Source: Minisyncoccota bacterium
GTDB lineage: Bacteria > Patescibacteriota > Minisyncoccia > Phycocordibacterales > JABAAK01
Assembly: GCA_965216295.1 (NCBI GenBank)
Contig: OZ244141.1
Span: 225,819 to 289,818, forward strand
Direction: 5' to 3'
Length of the DNA: 64,000 nt
Positions 22,389 to 32,719 of this stretch are shown piece by piece. Below the pieces are notes generated by a model, which saw only the letters and a program-made list of their open reading frames with translations, did no database searches and was not told the DNA's origin. Position 1 is the stretch's first letter. Every line of letters begins with the position of its first letter. The position numbers and the translations under genes were made by a program.

Positions 22389-25037
22389 ATGTCATTAGAT
22401 AAGAAATTTCCAACATCCCCTTACGAGATAATCAATCCAGCTTTAAGATGGAGACCAACAGATGATAATGATTTTAAACTATTGCCACCATTAGTTCCAA
22501 AGATAAGAAAAGCTGTTCATAAGTGGAGAGAAGAAAAGTACGAAGGTGCAAGCGAAACATCAAAAGCATTACTTAATTGGTGGTTTTGTAGAAAAGATAA
22601 TGGCTTTCAGTACTATTTTGCACAAAGAGAAGCGGTTGAGAGTATTATCTATCTATACGAAGTTGCAAAATCACACACACCAGAGCAATTAAAAACATTT
22701 GAAAGCTATCCCTTATCACTAGATCAATTTAAAGAAGATTGGACACGATATGTTATCAAACTTGCTACTGGATCAGGAAAGACGAAAGTGCTATCTTTGC
22801 TTATTGCTTGGTCATATTTTCATAAATTGTATGAAAAGGATAGTCAGTTATCAAAAAACTTTCTTTTAATAACACCCAATATCATAGTTTTGGATAGATT
22901 AAAAACAGATTTTCAAGGTTTAAAAATATTTTTTGATGATCCAATCTTACCAGAAAATGGATACAAAGATAAAAATTGGTTTGACGATTTTCAAATGGAT
23001 GTTCATATACAAGATAATGTACGAGTGAGTAAGGTAAAAGGTAATCTGTTTTTAACCAATATACACAGAATATATTATGGTGAAGATAAATTGCCGAGCG
23101 CTGATGATGACAACACAATGGACCACTTCTTGGGTGAAAAGGTGAAAGATGCGAAGAAAGATCACGCTGACTTAGGGAAAATAGTCAGAGATATAGATGA
23201 ATTGATGGTTTTAAATGATGAAGCTCATCACATTAGAGATAATGAATGGTTTAATGCAATACAAGATTTGCATAATCATTTAGTACAAAAGAATAAAAAA
23301 ATAGCATTACAAATTGATGTTACAGCAACGCCAAAGTTTGAAAAAGGTCAAATATTTCCTCAGACCATCTGTGACTATCCTTTAGTTGAAGCGGTATACC
23401 AGGGTATAGTGAAACATCCAGTATTGCCCGATGGACCAAGCCAAGCAAAGTGCGTTGAAAATGACAGCATTGATTTTATAGAAAGGTATAAAACATTTCT
23501 TGATTTGGGTGTGAAAGAATGGATAGAACAGTACAATGCGTATAAGAAAATAGGACAAAAACCATTGTTGTTTGTAATGGTTGATGATACAAAAAACTGC
23601 GATAAAGTGGCAAGTTATTTGGAAACAAGCTTTAAAGAATTATCAGGCAGCGTACTGTCTATACATACCAATAAAAAGGGAGAAATTTCTGAGTCTACAA
23701 CAGGTAAAAGCAAGGGTGAATTAGATAAATTGCGTGAAGCAGCAAATGGTTTAGATAATCCTGAAAGTCCATATAGGGCGGTAGTGTCAGTGTTGGTATT
23801 AAAAGAAGGTTGGGATGTAAAGAATATTACTACAATTATAGGATTGCGTGCTTTTAGTAGTGACGATAATATTTTAGCTGAGCAAACGCTTGGTCGTGGA
23901 TTAAGGAAAATGAACAGGGGTAATAAGGAAGAGGTGGTGTCAATAATTGGTACCCCTCACTTTATAGAATTTATAGAAACCATTAAAAATCAAGGTGTTG
24001 ATTTTGATAAAAAGAAAATGGGCGGAGTTGATGATGATTTTGATCCTATTTTAATTGAAGTGGATAAAGAAAATGTTAAGAAAGATTTAGTAAAGTTGGA
24101 TATTGAAATACCAATACTTACTCCTAGAATTTATCGTGCTCATGACAAGTTGGACAGTATAGACGTCACGAATATAATAGATAAAAAAGAAATTGTAAAA
24201 ATAAAAGAATTTTCACAAGATCAATTAAAAGAAATTATATTTGAGTATGCATTTCCAAATGATGAAGAAAACAGGGAAAATCATAGATTAATGTTTGATA
24301 GTTCTTCTACTATAGATAGTACAAATCTCATAAGATGGTTTGCAAGAGAAATAAAGATTGAGTTACGACTTGGATCAGTTGAACATATTTTATATAAGAA
24401 ATTGAAATTATTTATAGAAAATTATTTATTTGGTAAAAAAGTTGATTTAACTGATAGGAATATTATTAGAAATTTGTCTGAGCTTGAAGTAAAAAATTTA
24501 ATATTTACTAAATTTAAGAAATCAATAAATGAGAAAACTGTATTGATAAAGGATGTTTTTGAAATTAAAGATTGGATCAAAATTTCTGAAACCAAACCAT
24601 TCCATGCAGAACATCGGTCGTATAAAGTTGTTAACCAGTCTGTTTTTAATAAGATTGTTGGAGACAGCCAATTAGAATTAGATGTAGCAGGTATAATTGA
24701 TAACGCTAATGATGTTGTATCTTTTGCAAAAAATTACTTAGCAGTAAATTTTAGATTAGATTACCAAACCGCTGAAGGTGATATATCAAATTATATACCT
24801 GATTTTTTTGTAAAAACTGATAATAAAACTGTTTATATAGTTGAAACTAAAGGTGTGGAAACATTGAATGATACTGTCAAATTTAGAAGACTGATGAGTT
24901 GGTGTGATGACGTAAATAATATTCAAAATAAATATAAATTTATTCCTTTGTATATTAAAGAAGTAGATTTTAGAAAATATCAAAAAGATTTAAACCACTT
25001 TTCTGATTTAATAAAAATTGGAAAGAGTGTTATTTAG
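22389..25037 (+). CDS. res: Type III R-M restriction subunit (Res)
   Basis: ATGSGKT, DEAHH, TAT, EGWD, QTLGRGLR, C-terminal YIPDF..VETKG. Confidence 0.92.
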   Translation: MSLDKKFPTSPYEIINPALRWRPTDDNDFKLLPPLVPKIRKAVHKWREEKYEGASETSKALLNWWFCRKDNGFQYYFAQREAVESIIYLYEVAKSHTPEQLKTFESYPLSLDQFKEDWTRYVIKLATGSGKTKVLSLLIAWSYFHKLYEKDSQLSKNFLLITPNIIVLDRLKTDFQGLKIFFDDPILPENGYKDKNWFDDFQMDVHIQDNVRVSKVKGNLFLTNIHRIYYGEDKLPSADDDNTMDHFLGEKVKDAKKDHADLGKIVRDIDELMVLNDEAHHIRDNEWFNAIQDLHNHLVQKNKKIALQIDVTATPKFEKGQIFPQTICDYPLVEAVYQGIVKHPVLPDGPSQAKCVENDSIDFIERYKTFLDLGVKEWIEQYNAYKKIGQKPLLFVMVDDTKNCDKVASYLETSFKELSGSVLSIHTNKKGEISESTTGKSKGELDKLREAANGLDNPESPYRAVVSVLVLKEGWDVKNITTIIGLRAFSSDDNILAEQTLGRGLRKMNRGNKEEVVSIIGTPHFIEFIETIKNQGVDFDKKKMGGVDDDFDPILIEVDKENVKKDLVKLDIEIPILTPRIYRAHDKLDSIDVTNIIDKKEIVKIKEFSQDQLKEIIFEYAFPNDEENRENHRLMFDSSSTIDSTNLIRWFAREIKIELRLGSVEHILYKKLKLFIENYLFGKKVDLTDRNIIRNLSELEVKNLIFTKFKKSINEKTVLIKDVFEIKDWIKISETKPFHAEHRSYKVVNQSVFNKIVGDSQLELDVAGIIDNANDVVSFAKNYLAVNFRLDYQTAEGDISNYIPDFFVKTDNKTVYIVETKGVETLNDTVKFRRLMSWCDDVNNIQNKYKFIPLYIKEVDFRKYQKDLNHFSDLIKIGKSVI

Positions 25038-25058
25038 ATTAACCAGAGAAAATCTTGA

Positions 25059-25805
25059 TTATTTTTCAAACAACACAACATCCTTTTCTTGCTGAACAGT
25101 TTTTTTCATTTTTTCATAATCACTCCAATTTCTTTTATTTACATATCTGGCATTAAATATAATGAAAATCACTTCATCATATTGCTTACGATAGGTGAAT
25201 ATTTTCTCATAAATACTCTTAACATGCTTTCTATTATATCCCAAGTTGTATTTATTATCTGGAGGCCTTAAAGCCTTTATTTCTATTGCAATTGTTTTGT
25301 TTATAACAATATCTGGTCTCACGTCACCCTTTGTTTCTTCATACACCACAATATCGTTAGGCAATTTTTCTTTTAAATACCTACCAAAATCAACCTGATA
25401 AATAACTTCTGAATGGTTTGAAAATTTTGGTATATCTACTACGAATGTGTTAAGAATTTCTTTTATCTCTTTTACCTTTCCAGGTACACTCTCTGTTACT
25501 TCTCTCATTCTTTCAGACATGCCTCTTGGTATCTGTCTTGTTATTTGGGAATATTTCCTATCATATTTCTCTCTTTTCTTTTTCTTTAACCATAGAAACA
25601 ACCAAATCAGCACTACTGCCGTTAGACCAATCCATAGTAGGTTCTGTTGAAACCACATATATATTTTATTTCCTATTTCAATAACGGCGGAAATCAACAT
25701 TTGAATCCACACATATATGCCGTATCCTATTCCAATAACGATGGAAATCAATAGCACAGCAATAAAAATATCACTATCGCTGTTGTCATAGTATCTTCTT
25801 CTCAT
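25059..25805 (-). CDS. Membrane-anchored PD-(D/E)xK nuclease-like protein
   Basis: Two N-terminal TMs, then SEVIYQ..RPDIVIN..IAIEIK. Confidence 0.65.
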   Translation of the reverse strand: MRRRYYDNSDSDIFIAVLLISIVIGIGYGIYVWIQMLISAVIEIGNKIYMWFQQNLLWIGLTAVVLIWLFLWLKKKKREKYDRKYSQITRQIPRGMSERMREVTESVPGKVKEIKEILNTFVVDIPKFSNHSEVIYQVDFGRYLKEKLPNDIVVYEETKGDVRPDIVINKTIAIEIKALRPPDNKYNLGYNRKHVKSIYEKIFTYRKQYDEVIFIIFNARYVNKRNWSDYEKMKKTVQQEKDVVLFEK

Positions 25806-26257
25806 GCCTATATATTGCCACAAAGCATGTTATTAAGTGTTTTTAATCTAAAAATAACAAAAATACAATAAGAGTAAGTTTTTGAATGAACAAAACAATG
25901 AATATTTTTCTTTGGTGAGTGTGAATATTCTGATCTCCGGTATATATAAAACAAAAAGTCCTTTACGGACTTTCTCTAAGATTATCTAAGAGAGAGGGTG
26001 TGTGTTTACAACATTGCTGCGTTAAAGCTATTACATGAAAAGGATTGCAGAATGGAATTTGCAAGAGATGTATATGAAATAGAATTCTAGTAAACGAAAG
26101 GTATTACAGCCAAACAGTGCTTGATAAAGTGAAGGAAGTTTTAGATGACACAGAGAAAAAATTTTCTGCAAGAGAATTTTAAGTTCATTCTCTCTACCAC
26201 TCTGCGGCAGGTAGTTATTTTATTGATATGGTTTAGGTCGTTTGGTATAATGGTTAC

Positions 26258-28495
26258 ATGATAAAGAAGATCAAAAAATTAGACTTCAGAATTTTTAGAA
26301 ATTTCAACGGTGAATCTTTAAACTTTGAAAAGGACAATTTAATCTTTGGGTGGAACTATTCTGGGAAGACAACTTTGTTTGATTTTTTTCAAGTTTTGGA
26401 AGACAGGACATATTTAAGCAATGGTTCTAACCCTTCATTTGAAATCATTGAAAATGACTTATCAATAAAAGATTTGCCTCAGACTAATGATTTAAATATA
26501 AAAGTTTTTAATAAAAAATACGTAGAAAAGAACCTCGATATTTTTGGTGAAGTTGGAGCGATGAAACTCGCTCTAGGAAAAGAAAATGTGAAAGATATAA
26601 AAGAGCTGAGTGAAATCCAGAATGCGAAAGATATATTAGAAAAAAGTTTGACAAAGATTGGATTTGAAATAGAAAAGATTAATAAGAATAATATTGATAT
26701 TGATGAAAAAGTAAGAGAAGTGAAGTCTAATAAAGCACGAATTATTAATAGTCTTATTTCAGACACTTTTACGGCCACCAATCTTGGAAGGTATATTCTT
26801 CCTGAAAATATAGCATTAAGCAATGATGATCTGAAAAAAGAAACTGGAAAATTAAATCAATCTGCAGTGGAAAACATAAAATTTGATACATCTGCACTAT
26901 CTATAGACAGAGATAAAATGAAAGAAATCTCTAATATTTTAGAAAAGGAAATTATTTTACAAGAGAGTATATCAGAAATAGATGATAGTCCTGATAGAAA
27001 ACAATGGGTGGAGTGCGGCATAAGACTGCATAAGGATGTCATGAAATGTCTATTTTGCGATAACAAAATCCCCGAAGGAAGAGTAGAAAAGTTAACAAAA
27101 TATTTTTCCAAAGCATATACTGACACCGAACAAGAAGTTAGTCGTCAAATTGAGTATATAGAAAGCTTGATATCTCGTATAGCCACGCAACCGCTCCCTA
27201 GCAAGAATGATTTTTTATCTATTAATCAAAACAGATTTGGGAGTTTAAACACAAACGAAGCGATGTCTAATTACAGAGAGTCTGTGGAAGAAATTAAGAG
27301 AAAATTGGTTTCAAAGAAAGGAAACATAATTTTAAAAATTGATTCTACGGGCTTAAAAGAAGAGTATGTCTTCTCCATTCCTGCATTAAGTGAATTAATA
27401 GAAAAAAACAATAGAGAAAATAAAAATATAACTAAAATTAAAGAAGATGCTCTAGAAAAGATAAAAAAACATTATGGAAAAGAAGCGTATATAGAGATAG
27501 AAAATAAAAATAAAAAAATAGTAGAGACTAATAGATTAATTATGGAGAAAACAAATATAGGTAATAAAATGAAATTCCTTGCAAAACAAGAAGAAAAAAT
27601 TAGAAGTGAGACATCGGAACTATCTAATTGTGTAAGTAAATTGAATAACTTAATTGAAAGTTTTCTAGGTAGTAAGGAAATCACTTTAGGTGATTTGGAT
27701 GAAAATGCTAAAACAATGCGGTTCAAACGTGGTGATAGAGATGCGACGAATCTGAGCGAGGGTGAAAGGGCAATTATAGCATTTGCATATTTTTATCTGT
27801 CACTTAAGTCTAATGCAAATACAATTGATAAAACGATTGTTCTCATAGATGATCCAATATCTAGTTTTGATGATAACCATCTCAGTTATATGTCTGCATT
27901 TATTCGCGAAGAATTGGTAGGCAAATGTAAGCAATTATTTATCAGCACGCATAATTTTACCTTTTTTGACCATTTAAGGGTGTCAAAAGTGCGTTTTGAT
28001 AAAGAAGATAGAATAGAAAATCAATTTTTTGTAGAGAATTATGAGGATAATAAAAAAAACAGATGTGCCAGACTGATTGAGTTACCAGATATGATTAGGA
28101 ATTATAAGAGTGATTACCTGTATCTCTTTTCGCAAATAGAAGAATTTTCTAAATATCCTAATCCATTAAAATATGAAAAGTTCCCGATGATACCGAATGC
28201 CCTTAGAAGATTCATGGAAACCTATTGTGGGATTATGTATCCAAACGGAAAGGGTTGGAAATACAATCTTAAATTTATTAAAGACAACAATCTTAGAACT
28301 TCGCTTAAGGCTATTGCAGATGGAGGATCTCATGGAGAAGGAGCTGGATCTACAAACATTGTTTTTAATAATCCAGAAGAACTACAAAGAATAATCAAAG
28401 AAACACTTATTTGTATAAGAAAAAAAGATAATAAGTATTACAACTGTTTGGAAACTACAGCCAATCAAAAAATTGAAATCAAAACCAAAAAATAA
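26258..28495 (+). CDS. RloC-like (AAA_13) SMC-type ATPase with zinc hook and HEPN-like C-terminus
   Basis: GWNYSGKT, CLFC, LSEGE, IDDPISSFD, STHN, NALRRFMETY..GSHG. Confidence 0.8.
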   Translation: MIKKIKKLDFRIFRNFNGESLNFEKDNLIFGWNYSGKTTLFDFFQVLEDRTYLSNGSNPSFEIIENDLSIKDLPQTNDLNIKVFNKKYVEKNLDIFGEVGAMKLALGKENVKDIKELSEIQNAKDILEKSLTKIGFEIEKINKNNIDIDEKVREVKSNKARIINSLISDTFTATNLGRYILPENIALSNDDLKKETGKLNQSAVENIKFDTSALSIDRDKMKEISNILEKEIILQESISEIDDSPDRKQWVECGIRLHKDVMKCLFCDNKIPEGRVEKLTKYFSKAYTDTEQEVSRQIEYIESLISRIATQPLPSKNDFLSINQNRFGSLNTNEAMSNYRESVEEIKRKLVSKKGNIILKIDSTGLKEEYVFSIPALSELIEKNNRENKNITKIKEDALEKIKKHYGKEAYIEIENKNKKIVETNRLIMEKTNIGNKMKFLAKQEEKIRSETSELSNCVSKLNNLIESFLGSKEITLGDLDENAKTMRFKRGDRDATNLSEGERAIIAFAYFYLSLKSNANTIDKTIVLIDDPISSFDDNHLSYMSAFIREELVGKCKQLFISTHNFTFFDHLRVSKVRFDKEDRIENQFFVENYEDNKKNRCARLIELPDMIRNYKSDYLYLFSQIEEFSKYPNPLKYEKFPMIPNALRRFMETYCGIMYPNGKGWKYNLKFIKDNNLRTSLKAIADGGSHGEGAGSTNIVFNNPEELQRIIKETLICIRKKDNKYYNCLETTANQKIEIKTKK

Positions 28496-28631
28496 AACAA
28501 TCTATCATAGACATCATAGATTCTTTTGATATTTAAAGAAGGCATAGTAAACACCATACCGTGGGTGTTGTTTATGAATGTTAAATGAGGTGTATAGGCA
28601 TCCAAGATAAAATTGGTATAATCTTTGTAGC

Positions 28632-29732
28632 ATGAGAAACAAGGTGAATTTTGTCAATGCACGCAATCTTAAAACCGCTAGAGAGAACGTTGGTTATAGT
28701 ACGATAAAAATGACCCAGAAGATTCTTGGGAAAGGCATGAGGGTTGATAAAATTTTGGAATGGGAAAATGGAAGAGATAAACCAACTTGGAATCAGCTGC
28801 ATACAATTGCTAATGTATATGGAGTAAATACCTTTCTATTAACCGGAAAAGAGTTAATCCCTTCTAGCAGAAATATTTTTGATTTTAGAAAAACAAGAAG
28901 TCTGACTAATAACCCTGATTCTGATCTTTTTAAATTTATTGATTTTCTATTGCAAAGACAAAGATATCTAAATGCCACAATGCTGAAAGAAGAGTTAGGT
29001 AGCAATAAACTTGTTGGATCTGGTATTGCATATCAAACCAACCCCAAAAAGATGGCAGAATTCATAGCAGGTAAAATCAATTACAATCACCCTAGAAATA
29101 ATCATCTAAAGACATTAGTTACTTTGTTAGAAAACAATAAAGTTTTTGTCATGAAAACATTAAGTTATTGGAGAAATATAACTGTGAATGATATGAGGGG
29201 TGTTTATTTGAAAGATAATTATGCCCCAATAATTGCACTAAACAGAAAAGATTCAAAGACAGCCCAATTATTCACACTGGCTCATGAAATTACCCACTTA
29301 TTTTTAGACAAAGAGGGAATTTCGAATATTAGTTTTAGAGATAGGACGACAAACCAAATAGAAGTATTTTGTAATAAAGTAGCGGCAAATTTGTTGATGC
29401 CAGAAGATAAATTAGAAAAAATAAAAGACATGCAAGAAATAGATAGTCTTGCAAAGAGATTTGGAGTTAGTAGGTTGATGACATTTTATAGATTAAAGAA
29501 CCTAGGTCTTTTAAATGCAATAGCTGACTTGTCTCAACTTGAACAAAGCATAAAAAGAGAGTCTGAAAAAAAATCTAGTGATAACCCAACGGGTGGAAAT
29601 TATAATAATAATATGAAAGACAGTAATGGCGGTCTTTTTAATAATTTTATATCCTCATTATATTTTAACCAAAAGATTAACGCAGCCGAAGCTTGTAAGA
29701 TATTAAAGGTATCAATTGATAAGGTCGTATGA
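28632..29732 (+). CDS. XRE-HTH plus ImmA/IrrE metallopeptidase
   Basis: LKTARE..WENG HTH, FTLAHEITH, E..CN..AA..LMP. Confidence 0.9.
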   Translation: MRNKVNFVNARNLKTARENVGYSTIKMTQKILGKGMRVDKILEWENGRDKPTWNQLHTIANVYGVNTFLLTGKELIPSSRNIFDFRKTRSLTNNPDSDLFKFIDFLLQRQRYLNATMLKEELGSNKLVGSGIAYQTNPKKMAEFIAGKINYNHPRNNHLKTLVTLLENNKVFVMKTLSYWRNITVNDMRGVYLKDNYAPIIALNRKDSKTAQLFTLAHEITHLFLDKEGISNISFRDRTTNQIEVFCNKVAANLLMPEDKLEKIKDMQEIDSLAKRFGVSRLMTFYRLKNLGLLNAIADLSQLEQSIKRESEKKSSDNPTGGNYNNNMKDSNGGLFNNFISSLYFNQKINAAEACKILKVSIDKVV

Positions 29733-30187
29733 GATATATTATAGACACAAATATACTAATTAATTTTAAAATCTTTACTCCAATGAAGATACATGAAATC
29801 TTTTGGAAACAATTAGGAGAATGCATAAAAAAAGGTGAGATTGTATTGATACAAGATGTCGCAAATGAATGTAAAGATCGAGAGTTAAAAGGATGGGTTT
29901 TTAAACAGAAAATTGAAAAAGTGTCTAATGATATTAAAGACAGAGCTAATGAAATTAACAAGGAGTACCCAATTATCACCGTGCTTGATCAACAAACAAA
30001 ATCTGAAGCAGACCCTATAATAATTGCATATGCAGAACAGAATAATTGTTGCGTTTTTACAAGGGAAGCCGATGAGGACCCTAAAAATGGCATTTATAAA
30101 ATCCCTGCTATCTGTAAAAAATTAAATATAGATTTTCAAAGATGGCCCAATAAAGTCTTTGACAATCTTAGGTTTAAAAGAATATAG
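29729..30187 (+). CDS. DUF4411-like PIN protein
   Basis: YIIDTN, FW, ADPIIIAYA, T.E, KIP.IC. ATGA overlap with the upstream gene. Confidence 0.85.
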   Translation: MRYIIDTNILINFKIFTPMKIHEIFWKQLGECIKKGEIVLIQDVANECKDRELKGWVFKQKIEKVSNDIKDRANEINKEYPIITVLDQQTKSEADPIIIAYAEQNNCCVFTREADEDPKNGIYKIPAICKKLNIDFQRWPNKVFDNLRFKRI

Positions 30188-30404
30188 GAATATGTTCAAA
30201 AATATTTTAATATTTGAAGTATGATATTTTCAAGGACCATCTTTACCACTTATTGATTGTTATTACTTATAGCGATTTTTTGATTCTATTATCCTGTTAA
30301 ATTTTGCAAATGTAAAAAACTAAAAAATTCATCATGGATATCTTTGATATTCAAAGAAAGCATGGTAAATGGTTTGTTGATGAGCAAAATGATACACTGG
30401 AGAC

Positions 30405-30833
30405 ATGAAAAAACACCTCATCATCATTGGAATCATCACCCTCCTTTTCATCGTTGGAGCAGTTGTACTTCCAAAAAATAAAGAAGAACCAAGCACAATC
30501 AATGATTCAGACACCCCGGTTGGAGCAGTTGTACTTCCAAAAGACAAGGAAGAACCAATCACAACAAAAGATTCATATACCTTAGAAGCATATGTTGCAT
30601 TTATAAAGCCCTGCCCACCGTGCCCGGAAGGTGTAATGTGTAAGCCATGTATTTCAAAATATATCGGAGTAACAACTGAGAAAGGTTCCAAAGACTATGT
30701 CTTTCTGTTGACTGATAATCCAGAGATATTTAATGTTGAGGAAAGATACCAGTTTACTATCCAAGACACACCACAGGAAGATTATAAAATGCTTGTTGAA
30801 TACCGTAGTCTTTCAGATTCTGGGGTAAGATAG
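30405..30833 (+). CDS. Membrane-anchored protein with CPPCP..CKPC motif and 66-bp internal duplication
   Basis: VGAVVLPK.KEEP occurs twice. N-terminal TM. Confidence 0.7.
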   Translation: MKKHLIIIGIITLLFIVGAVVLPKNKEEPSTINDSDTPVGAVVLPKDKEEPITTKDSYTLEAYVAFIKPCPPCPEGVMCKPCISKYIGVTTEKGSKDYVFLLTDNPEIFNVEERYQFTIQDTPQEDYKMLVEYRSLSDSGVR

Positions 30834-30850
30834 TCTGCTATACTTCAAAC

Positions 30851-31891
30851 ATGAAAAACATACTGATAATATTCGTTGTTGCGTTTGTATTTGGCTGGTT
30901 TGCAGAAACCCTCGTTGGAACTACTGATAGGGTATCTCTCATTAAAAGCAGAGGACATCTCAACTGTGGAGCAGGTGTAGAACTCCCTGGCTTTGGATTT
31001 ATTGTCAATGGAAAAAACGTTGGTTTTGATGTAAGTATCTGTAGGGCGGTTGCTGTTGCTGTATTGGGGGATAAGGATGCAATTAAGGTTACCAACTATC
31101 CAGCAAAAGATAGAGCAGAAGCATTAAAGAGTGGAGATGTTGACCTACTACTCAATACAACAACAAAGACAAGTTCAAGAGAGATACTCTGGGGTAACTT
31201 CCTTCCAGTCCTTTTCTATGATGGACAAGGGTTTCTGACACATAAAGATGGAAGTACAAGCCTTCTGGGGCTACATGGTAAGAAGGTGTGTGTTGCTGAA
31301 GGCACAACAACATTCTCAAATCTCGTTGATTTTTCAAAACAAAACAGTTTACACATAGATCCTGTACTATTTGATGATTCTACTACTGCAGCAAAAGGGT
31401 ATGACACTGGGGAATGTGATTTTTTTACAACAGATACATCAGCACTTATCGCGACACGAACAACACTGTCTGATCCATCAGCACATATAATTCTATCAGG
31501 AACGATTTCTGAAGAACCTCTTTCTCCTATAGTCCCTCATGGAGATGAAGAATGGTATTCATTGGTTCAAACGGTGATAGGGATACTTATCCAATCAGAA
31601 GCACTGGGAATAAATTCTGAAAATATACCAGATCAAGCAACAGGTAATCTAGCTATTGATAGACTACTTGGCTTTTCAGATGACTTTGGACAAGAGGCAC
31701 TAGGGTTACAGAAGGATATAGCACAGAAGATTATACAATCTGTAGGAAACTATGGAGAGATATTTGCAGAGAATTTCCAGAATAGTACTATATATATTCC
31801 TAGAGACAACACCAGAAACGCTCTGTGGGATAAAGCTCCATGTACAGATTGTCCAAAGGGTGGACAGATATACGCTCCTCCTCTACGGTAG
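30851..31891 (+). CDS. Amino-acid ABC substrate-binding protein (AapJ/BztA family), no permease nearby
   Basis: RG.LNCG..LPGF, GFDV.ICRAVA, FYDGQGF, ISEEPL.P, VGNYGEIF. Confidence 0.9.
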   Translation: MKNILIIFVVAFVFGWFAETLVGTTDRVSLIKSRGHLNCGAGVELPGFGFIVNGKNVGFDVSICRAVAVAVLGDKDAIKVTNYPAKDRAEALKSGDVDLLLNTTTKTSSREILWGNFLPVLFYDGQGFLTHKDGSTSLLGLHGKKVCVAEGTTTFSNLVDFSKQNSLHIDPVLFDDSTTAAKGYDTGECDFFTTDTSALIATRTTLSDPSAHIILSGTISEEPLSPIVPHGDEEWYSLVQTVIGILIQSEALGINSENIPDQATGNLAIDRLLGFSDDFGQEALGLQKDIAQKIIQSVGNYGEIFAENFQNSTIYIPRDNTRNALWDKAPCTDCPKGGQIYAPPLR

Positions 31892-31955
31892 GGTATACAA
31901 TCATCTCTTTAGTTGATGTTGTTGTCTGGGGTCAGGTTATGATTAAGACAATTCG

Positions 31956-32510
31956 TTAAGGTGTAGAGATGTCACGAGATTCTTCATTTTCTCCGTCATA
32001 ATACCAAATTTTTTTCTTCTTTATAATTAAACAAACACCGTGTTTATAACGATAATTACCAAGTTTATTAACTAGGCATTTAATCTTTTTCACATCTCTT
32101 TTAGAATAAATTTCTCCATTTTTTCCGCTATTTTTCCATTTGTCATCCGATCTAGCTTTATCCTTTTTTACTTCTATAACAAAAATATTTTTATTATTAT
32201 TGCCAGGTGAATGAAAAACAATATCAGGAATTATTGGCCTACTAGGTCTATTCCTTTCGGCATCACTCGCTTTCACATTACTTCTTTTCACGCTATTCTT
32301 TTTTACACCATGTTTCTTTTCCTTACGTTTATTATATTCACAATCTAATTTTAAATTTGGATATTTTTTTTTAAGCTTTGGTTGTAAAAAACAATACATT
32401 TTAGATACTAAATTCCTTTCACTGACACCAATTCTAAGTGCTTCACTCTCCTCTCTGTATAAATATCTGACACTCTCTTCTAGTAAATGAATCAATTCTC
32501 TTTTAGTCAT
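31956..32510 (-). CDS. PD-(D/E)xK nuclease-like hypothetical protein
   Basis: SER..D.EYN..IPDIVFH..FVIEVKK. Confidence 0.65.
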   Translation of the reverse strand: MTKRELIHLLEESVRYLYREESEALRIGVSERNLVSKMYCFLQPKLKKKYPNLKLDCEYNKRKEKKHGVKKNSVKRSNVKASDAERNRPSRPIIPDIVFHSPGNNNKNIFVIEVKKDKARSDDKWKNSGKNGEIYSKRDVKKIKCLVNKLGNYRYKHGVCLIIKKKKIWYYDGENEESRDISTP

Positions 32511-32563
32511 GGACTATAAGTATACTCTAAACCCAAAATATAGCGAGAAGAATGTATATCAGT

Positions 32564-32657
32564 TGGCGGAGGGGGAGGGATTCGAACCCTCGATGAGACT
32601 TTGACACCCCATACTCCCTTAGCAGGGGAGCGCTTTCAACCACTCAGCCACCCCTCC
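32564..32657 (-). tRNA. tRNA-Ser(GCU)
   Basis: GGAGGGG..ctcccCTGCTAAgggag, long variable arm, GGTTCGAATCC, CCA encoded. Confidence 0.97.
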
Positions 32658-32719
32658 CATATACAGCGACAGAGACACACTCTACCGTGGTACATATGTT
32701 CACCATACCACAGAGGACC

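Larger units (their letters stand above)
18139..32510. mobile_element. Defence/accessory island between the DEAD-helicase 3' end and the tRNA-Ser 3' end (no integrase seen)
   Basis: Visibly AT-richer than the flanks, dense in R-M/nuclease/TA-like genes, with junction repeats. Confidence 0.65.

Noticed and set aside
18139-32657. Prophage or intact integrative element at tRNA-Ser
   Set aside because: No integrase, structural genes or duplicated tRNA 3' end were found.
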